Shown: positions 56,735 to 64,000 of the stretch, piece by piece
Layout: every line of letters begins with the position of its first letter
Position numbering within the stretch: position 1 is the stretch's first letter
Virus record (IMG/VR): IMGVR_UViG_3300001683_000022
Span: 5,251 to 69,250 of that record
Strand: one strand, 5' to 3'
Source: a virus
Length of the DNA: 64,000 bases
The notes under the pieces: generated by a model
Database searches by the model: none
What the model was told of the DNA's origin: nothing
The model's input: the letters and a program-made list of their open reading frames with translations, nothing else
Translations under genes and position numbers: made by a program

Positions 56735-59508
56735 TGAGAAAACCTTCCTCCACTATTGTAGGTATAGGCTATGACATTGATGGTAATGAAGTATCTACCT
56801 ATGTAGATAATACAAATATAGTTGCTGATAGTGCGCCTAATATCATTATTGTTGGTGAAGCTATTGATGAAGTTATTTCTGTTAGTACTAATGTAGATGA
56901 CGTTATTGATGTTAGTGCTAATATTCCTTCTCTAAATACAGTTGCAACTGATATTGAAAGTGTTAAAGCAATAGCAGAAAATTTAGATGCTGTTTTAGAT
57001 TCTTCTAATCAAGCAGCTATAGCATTAGCAAAGGCAAATGCAGCCTCTGCAAGTGCAGCAGCAGCATTAGCAAGTGAGGGTGCAGTAGCAGCAAACTTGG
57101 TACTTACCGACCAAGATACATTAGATACAGCAGCAGACTTGGTACTTACTACTGCAGATGTAGTTATTACCAATGCGGATGTGGTAACAACTAACGCAGA
57201 TGTAATATTGACCGGTGCGGATGTGCTTGTTACAAATGCTGACAGGTCAGCAATTGAATCGCTCTATGACACATTTGATGATAGGTACCTTGGTTCTAAA
57301 ACATCAGACCCTTCGTTAGACAATGATGGTAATGCTCTACTGATTGGGGCTATATATTTTAATAGTACAAATAACCACACAAGATTTTATAATGGCTCAG
57401 CTTGGGAAGATCCAGAAGCTACAGTTACTTCAGGTGCAAATACTGCAACTACAAAAGCTAGTGAAGCCTTAACAAGTGCAAATACTGCTACCGCACAGGC
57501 TAGTATATCAACTGCTAAGGCAATTCTTACTGCAGCTGATGCATTAGCCACTGCTGCTGACAGGGTTGCTACCAATGCTGATGTAGTATTGACAATAGCA
57601 GATGTAGTCACTACTAATGCCGATGTGGTAACAACTAATGCCGATGTTATATTAACAGGGTTAGACCTTGCAGCAACTAACCAAGATACGATTGATACGG
57701 CAGCAGATTTAGTAGCAACCAATCAAGATACCATAGACACAGCAGCCGATAAAGTCGCTACTAATGCTGACGTAGTTCTTACAAATGCAGATGTAGTATT
57801 AGCAGAAGCAGATAAAGTTCAAACAGGATTAGATAGAATTGCAGTAGCCGCAGATGTTGTACTGGCTGAAGCCGACAAAGTACAAACTGGCTTAGACAGG
57901 ATTGCAACTAACGCTGATGTAGTATCAACTAATGCTGATGTTGTATCCGCAGAAGCAGACAAGGTTCAGACAGGCTTAGATAGAATAGCTACTGCAGCTG
58001 ACGTAGTGTCAGCAGAAGCTGACAAAGTACAAACCGGTTTAGACAGAATTGCTACAGCAGCCGATAGAGTTGCTACTAATGCAGATGTAGTATTAACTGC
58101 GGCTGATGTTGTTCTGACAGGGTTAGATGTTGTAGCTACCGCTGCTGATAAAATTGCAACCAACGCTGATGCAGTGCTTACTGCTGCTGATGTTGTTACT
58201 ACCACTGCTGATGTAGTCACTACTAATGCTGACGTTGTATTAGTAGAAGCTGATAAGGTACAAACTGGGTTAGACAGAGTTGCAGTCAACTTAGATAAGG
58301 TACAGACAAGTCTAGATAGAGTTGCTACCAACGTAAATGTAGATATTACCAACGTAAACGTAGGTATTACCAATGCTGATGTTATTTCAGTAGAGGCTGA
58401 TAAAGTACAGACTGGATTAGATAGGGTAACTACTAATGCTGATGTCGTACTTACTCACGCTGATGTAGTTTTAGCAGAAGCGGACAAAGTACAAACAGGG
58501 CTAGATCGAATAGTGACTAATGCTGACGCTGTATTAACTAGTGCAGACGTTAGCCTTACCCATGCAGATGTTATTCTTACCCACGCAGATGTTGTTTTAA
58601 CCCATGCTGATGTTGTGTCAGCGGAAGCTGATAAAGTACAAACAGGGCTAGATAGGGTCGCAACTAACTCGGATGTTGTTAGCACAGGTATAGATAGAGC
58701 GGCAGTGGAGTCGTTATATGACACATTTGATGACAGGTACTTAGGGACTAAAACTGCTGATCCTTCGTTAGATAATGACGGGAACGCTTTACTTATTGGT
58801 GCTACATATTTTAATAGTACACTTAATCATACTAAATTTTATAATGGTGTTGTATGGGAAGATCCAGAGGCAACATCAACGTCAGCAGCTTTAACGGCTA
58901 CCACACAAGCAAACAATTCTGCCAATAGCGCAGCAGCCGCTCTAATATCCGAAGGATTAGCAGAAGAGGATAAGGTACAAACTGGTTTAGATAGGATAGC
59001 AGTAGCAGCAGATTTGGTAGCTACAGATCAAGACACAATTGACACAGCAGCTTCATATGCTGCCACATTAGCAATTTTCGGGGATACTACAGCAGTTGCA
59101 TCAGCAGTTGCATCAGCTTCTAGTGATGCTGGAATAGCTACGCAGAAAGCCAGTGATGCTAGTGGAAGTGCAGCTACGGCAACACAAAAAGCAAGTGATG
59201 CTAGTGCAAGTGCTGATACGGCTGAGGGGTTTGTTTCGACTGCCGCCTCTTTCAATACTGCCACACTAGCACTTTACGGGGATGCGATGGCCCTTACAGT
59301 GGCAGTTACTGCGGCAGAGTCGGCTGAGACTAATGCCGTAACTGCTCAAGATTTGGCTGAGGATTGGGCATCTAAAACAGGGACAACTGTTGATGGTACT
59401 AATTACTCCGCTAAACATTGGGCAACTAGCTCGGATGTCGTGGCAGTGGCAGGTAAAGTTACTCAACTAGGCTTGCTCGGCATTAGGAACTGCTGGCGTA
59501 GTTTCTGA
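56734..59508 (+). CDS. tail fibre/appendage protein, N-terminal part with heptad repeats (frameshifted)
   Basis: ADVVLTN/ADKVQTG/LDR repeats, two FDDRYLG...DNDGNAL domains, YSAKHWA. Confidence 0.85.
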   Translation: MRKPSSTIVGIGYDIDGNEVSTYVDNTNIVADSAPNIIIVGEAIDEVISVSTNVDDVIDVSANIPSLNTVATDIESVKAIAENLDAVLDSSNQAAIALAKANAASASAAAALASEGAVAANLVLTDQDTLDTAADLVLTTADVVITNADVVTTNADVILTGADVLVTNADRSAIESLYDTFDDRYLGSKTSDPSLDNDGNALLIGAIYFNSTNNHTRFYNGSAWEDPEATVTSGANTATTKASEALTSANTATAQASISTAKAILTAADALATAADRVATNADVVLTIADVVTTNADVVTTNADVILTGLDLAATNQDTIDTAADLVATNQDTIDTAADKVATNADVVLTNADVVLAEADKVQTGLDRIAVAADVVLAEADKVQTGLDRIATNADVVSTNADVVSAEADKVQTGLDRIATAADVVSAEADKVQTGLDRIATAADRVATNADVVLTAADVVLTGLDVVATAADKIATNADAVLTAADVVTTTADVVTTNADVVLVEADKVQTGLDRVAVNLDKVQTSLDRVATNVNVDITNVNVGITNADVISVEADKVQTGLDRVTTNADVVLTHADVVLAEADKVQTGLDRIVTNADAVLTSADVSLTHADVILTHADVVLTHADVVSAEADKVQTGLDRVATNSDVVSTGIDRAAVESLYDTFDDRYLGTKTADPSLDNDGNALLIGATYFNSTLNHTKFYNGVVWEDPEATSTSAALTATTQANNSANSAAAALISEGLAEEDKVQTGLDRIAVAADLVATDQDTIDTAASYAATLAIFGDTTAVASAVASASSDAGIATQKASDASGSAATATQKASDASASADTAEGFVSTAASFNTATLALYGDAMALTVAVTAAESAETNAVTAQDLAEDWASKTGTTVDGTNYSAKHWATSSDVVAVAGKVTQLGLLGIRNCWRSF
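57100..59050 (+). repeat. intragenic 21-nt (7-aa) repeat array with a duplicated ~60-aa domain
   Basis: Many ADVV.T./ADKVQTG/LDRIAT units; domain copies near 57240-57420 and 58690-58870. Confidence 0.85.
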
Positions 59509-59509
59509 T

Positions 59510-60886
59510 ATGAATACCCTGGGAACATCTACCAACGTAACCAACATGAACACGGTTGCGGCAAGTATTGAGGATGTTAACCGTTACGCCAATGAATATA
59601 GTGTATCCGCTTCCGCGCCAACCACAGACGTTAGTCTTGGTGATATGTATTTTGATACTACTCTCTCGAAATTGAAGATTTATTCAAATATAGGATGGGA
59701 AGATGCAGGTTCAAGGGTAAACGGAACATCACGAAGACAGTCTTTTACTGCCACGGAGGGTCAAACATCTTTTCCTGTGTCGGGTGGTTTTGATTTTGGG
59801 TTTGTTGATGTATATTTGGATGGCGTTAAACTACACACTTCTGACTTCACCGATACGTCAGGAACGGCAATCGTCTTAGCATCGGGTGCAGCTGTTAATC
59901 AGCTTGTTGACATCATAGCGTATGGGACGTTCTCCTTGGGTAACATTGTTGTAGGAGACATTTCAGATGTTACATCAACAGCAACCGAACTGAACTACGT
60001 AGATGGCGTTACCTCGGCTATCCAAACTCAGATAGACACCAAGCTCCCATTGTCTGGTGGTACATTAACTGGGGATCTCGATGTCTCGGGGATTGTTTAT
60101 GGAGACTCTGGAGCATCTGGAAACTTAGTTTTAAAATCCACTTCGGGTAACACGAATCATTCAGCAATAGAAATAGGGACAATACTCAACAGTGACAATG
60201 GTGGTATTAGTTTCTCTACGGCAGGGATAGGAGGTTCTTGGGGGCCAGCTGCAGCGACAACACGGATGCGTATCTCAGGGACTACGGGCAATGTTGGTAT
60301 TGGTTCTTCCGCTCCATTATCAAAACTTATAGTAACAAACAATGGTTATAGCGGTCACGCTGATTGGGCGTTTACTGTTGATTCAAAAACAGTCGATGCA
60401 ACAAGTGCTGTTATGCATCTTAGAAAGGCCGATGCATCAAGTGTTATGTATGTACGGTCTGACGGCAATGTTGGGATAGGGACTAGCTCAATTGACGGCA
60501 CTTTACACATAGACGCTGGTACAAGTTCCGATATCATTATCGAGAAGGATGGTGGTGGTGGTGCAGCCATACGTTTTCATAATGATGGTTCACAGCTTTC
60601 GTATATACAACTAGACGGTAGTGAGGATATGGTTTACTACGGTGCTTCTGGTGTGAACCAAATAATTTATGCTGGTGGGTATGAACGCATGCGCATCCGA
60701 TCAGATGGCAATGTAGAGATGGGCGGGAATCTGACTATTTCTGGTAAAAATGTCCCTAAAGTATTTAATCAAAACGCAGCTCCTACATCAGGGTTTAGTG
60801 TGGGTGATATTTGGTACGATGATGATGATGATATAGTATCTATCGCAGGTAACGTATCAGGTACACTACAATGGATAGGGGTATAA
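59510..60886 (+). CDS. tail fibre, C-terminal part
   Basis: FTATEGQTSF, VDVYLDGVKL, TATELNYVDGVTS.IQTQ, GNVGIG repeats. Confidence 0.85.
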   Translation: MNTLGTSTNVTNMNTVAASIEDVNRYANEYSVSASAPTTDVSLGDMYFDTTLSKLKIYSNIGWEDAGSRVNGTSRRQSFTATEGQTSFPVSGGFDFGFVDVYLDGVKLHTSDFTDTSGTAIVLASGAAVNQLVDIIAYGTFSLGNIVVGDISDVTSTATELNYVDGVTSAIQTQIDTKLPLSGGTLTGDLDVSGIVYGDSGASGNLVLKSTSGNTNHSAIEIGTILNSDNGGISFSTAGIGGSWGPAAATTRMRISGTTGNVGIGSSAPLSKLIVTNNGYSGHADWAFTVDSKTVDATSAVMHLRKADASSVMYVRSDGNVGIGTSSIDGTLHIDAGTSSDIIIEKDGGGGAAIRFHNDGSQLSYIQLDGSEDMVYYGASGVNQIIYAGGYERMRIRSDGNVEMGGNLTISGKNVPKVFNQNAAPTSGFSVGDIWYDDDDDIVSIAGNVSGTLQWIGV

Positions 60887-60892
60887 TTTAAG

Positions 60893-62320
60893 ATGGCAAA
60901 GAAGAATTGGAAAAACTTTTTTAAAAGAAAACTAAGACAACATAAGAAAGATTTTAACTTTAATCTGAAGAAGAAAGATGATGTCATTGATTTTGGAGAA
61001 AAGGCTTATAAATTTGACGGTAAACGATGGATAGCATCAAAGGAAGAAGATGAACAGGAATTGGAAATATCCGACTCTTACAATGTAGATGATCCTGATT
61101 CATTCGCATCATCTAAAGCCCTCAGAGATTTGTCAATAAATGTTGATACTAGAATAGCGAGTCTAATTGATTCTGCACCTACAACATTAAATACTTTAAA
61201 TGAACTTGCAGCTGCAATAGGTGATGATAAAAACCATGTAACAACAATGATTAATCTTGTTGCTACTAAAGCGGATGCCACATTAAGAAATGTAGGTTCC
61301 TTGCCATCGTCTGTTAAATCACAGTTAAAAGGTGATACTGGCCCAAAAGGATCTACTGGCCCTCAAGGAGCGAAGGGTAACACTGGAAGCACCGGAGCAA
61401 AAGGTAGCAATGGAAGCACTGGGGCAACAGGGTCAATTGGCCCAAACCCGTTCACTGAGACTGACTTGCTTAAGGACAGAAAGCCATTTACCCCAGGGGA
61501 TGGAAGCATGTCGTACTTTAACGCCAACGGAGCTACTAACGAACAGAACAGAGAAGAAGATGAAACCCCTTTCGGGGGTCGGGACATTATATGGAAAGCC
61601 ACCAATAAGAGTACCGATAATGGAGCAGACGGAGGATTTAACAGTTCTTCTGTATCTATTGATCCAAGTAAGCGTTATAGATTCTCTATGTTTTTTAAGG
61701 CAGATTCTGATAACGGTAGTAAATATATGGGTACGGGTGGGAGTGTGCGTAGCATGGGGGGTACTCCCAATGGAAACCCTTACTTCTGGGTAGGTGATTT
61801 TGCCCTTGAGAATGAGTGGTATCTAGTCGTGGGCTATGTTCATGCACATGATACTGGTAATAGCTACCCTAATGGGAGTATCTACCGTGTGTCCACAGGG
61901 GAACGAATAGTTGGTACGTCTAGTTTTAAGTGGAGTTCTACGAGCACTAGCAGCTTTATCAGGGCATACCAATTCTATAACGCCACAAGTGTGGCCAATG
62001 AAGTCTGGATGTGGGAACCCCGCATTGATATCTGCGAAGGAGATGAGCCTAGTATTAATGAATTACTCCGTAAAGGAAACCAAGGGGTTAAAGGTGATAC
62101 AGGGGCTACGGGAGCAAAAGGTTCTAATGGATCAGCTGGGGCAAGAGGTGCCACTGGCCCAAAAGGTAGTACAGGTTCTGCTGGAGCAAAGGGTTCTACT
62201 GGTGCAAAGGGTTCTGCTGGAGCAAAAGGTAGTACGGGTTCAAAAGGTAGTACGGGTTCAAAAGGTTCTGTTGGCGCTACCTTTAGTGTGTCCGGTAAAA
62301 CGCTATATATATCTACATAA
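60893..62320 (+). CDS. collagen-repeat fibre protein with a carbohydrate-binding-like domain
   Basis: AP.TLNTLNELAAA, two Gly-X-Y tracts flanking a beta domain. Confidence 0.8.
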   Translation: MAKKNWKNFFKRKLRQHKKDFNFNLKKKDDVIDFGEKAYKFDGKRWIASKEEDEQELEISDSYNVDDPDSFASSKALRDLSINVDTRIASLIDSAPTTLNTLNELAAAIGDDKNHVTTMINLVATKADATLRNVGSLPSSVKSQLKGDTGPKGSTGPQGAKGNTGSTGAKGSNGSTGATGSIGPNPFTETDLLKDRKPFTPGDGSMSYFNANGATNEQNREEDETPFGGRDIIWKATNKSTDNGADGGFNSSSVSIDPSKRYRFSMFFKADSDNGSKYMGTGGSVRSMGGTPNGNPYFWVGDFALENEWYLVVGYVHAHDTGNSYPNGSIYRVSTGERIVGTSSFKWSSTSTSSFIRAYQFYNATSVANEVWMWEPRIDICEGDEPSINELLRKGNQGVKGDTGATGAKGSNGSAGARGATGPKGSTGSAGAKGSTGAKGSAGAKGSTGSKGSTGSKGSVGATFSVSGKTLYIST

Positions 62321-62343
62321 CTACTTAACAATAGGACATATAA

Positions 62344-62853
62344 TTGGCATCTTATAATTTTAGTAACTATAACAATGTAAAGGTTAATGGTACGGATATC
62401 AGTACTGTTAAGTTCAACGGTAGTACTATATGGACGAAGCCACCAGCAACGAGATCGACTTTTACTTATTCGACAACCAGAGACAATATTACCCACGGAC
62501 AGACTTCCTCAAATTCCAAGACTTTTGGTGGTCTTCCAGTAACTGCTGGATCAACTACTATTAAGGTAGTAGGTAATGTGTATACCCATGTCAGCAACCA
62601 CGGCATCTGGACTAACAGGAGTTATAACATCTTCTTTTATCTGCGATATAAAGTGGCACTGTACAGTGGTTCAACACTTCTACACACTACTGGTTGGTGT
62701 GGATACAGTTCAGGGAACATCAATGTGGCATGGAAGACTAATACTTCCAAGGACATAACAAAAGCTATTCTTTATATTAATGGTGCCGCAAATGGTCGCT
62801 CCGCTAACTCCTATTGTCATGCATATTCAAACGTAACACTTACAATAGGGTAA
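62344..62853 (+). CDS. fibre-associated / receptor-binding protein
   Basis: VKVNG..I..VKFNG.TIW N-terminus; TTG start with AGGA Shine-Dalgarno. Confidence 0.6.
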   Translation: MASYNFSNYNNVKVNGTDISTVKFNGSTIWTKPPATRSTFTYSTTRDNITHGQTSSNSKTFGGLPVTAGSTTIKVVGNVYTHVSNHGIWTNRSYNIFFYLRYKVALYSGSTLLHTTGWCGYSSGNINVAWKTNTSKDITKAILYINGAANGRSANSYCHAYSNVTLTIG

Positions 62854-62856
62854 TTA

Positions 62857-63411
62857 ATGTTAGATTTATTAAAACAATATCAAAATGACGTTACAAAAAT
62901 ATCCGCAGTCTATGATAAGGCAACTGGTGTAGACGAGGACGATAATCCATTAAGTAGTATTGGTAGTGGGTATCTGAATCATTCGTTTGCTAGGTGTTTA
63001 GTAATGGCATACCATAAAACCTTTGGTACGCCAATGCGAACAATCTTACTCAACCTCCTAAGAACATTACCAGATGTTTTTACTGAGGAATTTGGCGCCA
63101 TGTCACTACAAGATAGTAGTGCATGGTTAACGTCAATCGTCATGGGTGAACCCCATTTGCTGGTGAAGATAGATGAACCTGAAGACGATAAACTATACTA
63201 CTGTCAGTTGACAGCCAATGTCGCGGGTATTAAGCAATCTTTTACAAATGGGGACGAAGAAGGGCATGTATGGTATGAGGATGATGAAAGAATTATTATA
63301 TGTCTATATTCACGACAGTACGGTTATATAATATTTAATGAATTATTCGTTTCAATATCTGCTGAGCGGGTACTAAGTAGGACATTATTTGAAATAGTAA
63401 AGGAGACATAA
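62857..63411 (+). CDS. hypothetical protein
   Basis: ORF in operon context. Confidence 0.65.
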   Translation: MLDLLKQYQNDVTKISAVYDKATGVDEDDNPLSSIGSGYLNHSFARCLVMAYHKTFGTPMRTILLNLLRTLPDVFTEEFGAMSLQDSSAWLTSIVMGEPHLLVKIDEPEDDKLYYCQLTANVAGIKQSFTNGDEEGHVWYEDDERIIICLYSRQYGYIIFNELFVSISAERVLSRTLFEIVKET

Positions 63412-63413
63412 CA

Positions 63414-63596
63414 ATGTTCTATATTAATACAATAGATAGATTAGCTTATACTATATCTAGGGACGATGAAAACGAGATTGAAATTGATAATGATATAAGT
63501 AATATGCGTCTTTATGGTATATGTGAAGATGGTCAAGTATATAATATATTAGACACAACACATGGTGTTTTATTAAAACTAACTAAGATTGCCTAG
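63414..63596 (+). CDS. hypothetical protein
   Basis: AAGGAG Shine-Dalgarno. Confidence 0.6.
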   Translation: MFYINTIDRLAYTISRDDENEIEIDNDISNMRLYGICEDGQVYNILDTTHGVLLKLTKIA

Positions 63597-63698
63597 AAAT
63601 AATTAGTATAAATACCTGTCAACGAAGTTTTAAAATAACATTAGCAAAAATATGGCGGCAAAGATTTGCTGAATCGCCAGTAGGATAGAGAGAATTTT

Positions 63699-64000
63699 AT
63701 GAGTAGAGCAAGAACCTTAGCCGACCTGTTAGACTCGTCTGGTGATGTAAAAAGCGCGAATTTAGATAACGCTACGATACCCAATTTGAGTAGTACAGCC
63801 TCGGGGATTGATGTCACGGGGACGATAGCCACTACATCTAGCGACAGTTTTTCTGAGACTAATATAGCCACATTTACGAGTTCTAGCGGTGGAGTTGCGC
63901 TAGGCATCGGATACAATCAAATACGACAAACTAAAGCTAATAATTCATTGAATTTTGGGGTGTCCTCTGGCACTAAAATGACCATCAGCTCAACGGGCAA
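63699..64000 (+). CDS. tail fibre-like protein (partial, runs off the window)
   Basis: Hand-translated MSRARTLADLLDSSGDVKSANLDN...GIDVTGT...KMTISSTG. Confidence 0.75.
   Translation, partial: MSRARTLADLLDSSGDVKSANLDNATIPNLSSTASGIDVTGTIATTSSDSFSETNIATFTSSSGGVALGIGYNQIRQTKANNSLNFGVSSGTKMTISSTG

Noticed and set aside
61332-62496. Alternative-frame ORFs over the collagen tracts
   Set aside because: By-products of the Gly-X-Y repeat codon pattern
56734-64000. Diversity-generating retroelement or invertible fibre switch
   Set aside because: No reverse transcriptase, recombinase or TR/VR pair with adenine-specific mismatches seen in the window
1-64000. Alternative genetic code
   Set aside because: Core genes are full length in the standard code and use all three stops; the breaks are frame changes, not in-frame stops

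Overview
Nearly the whole genome of an AT-rich N4-like podophage (Schitoviridae), circularly permuted. The + strand carries lysis genes, portal, capsid, ejection proteins and the giant virion RNA polymerase (1-23.2 kb), then terminase and a mosaic tail-fibre region (46.9-64 kb). The - strand carries early and middle genes (46.6 to 23.2 kb): two-subunit RNAP II, a MoxR/vWA pair, class II RNR, split DNA polymerase A, ThyX, primase, SSB, HU and resolvase. The physical genome ends probably lie near 46.6-46.9 kb. Most notable: (1) a lone antisense 83-aa gene whose first 14 residues match the GyrB N-terminal dimerisation strap, a candidate gyrase inhibitor; (2) a ~170-nt structured, possibly pseudoknotted non-coding element; (3) several families of repeated hairpins and motifs in the early region; (4) a class 3 lipase plus lipoprotein in the lysis cassette; (5) no helicase at its usual locus; (6) a vRNAP with a thermonuclease-like N-terminus, Phe at the motif B Tyr position and a frameshift. 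All assignments come from reading motifs and synteny by eye; no searches were run.
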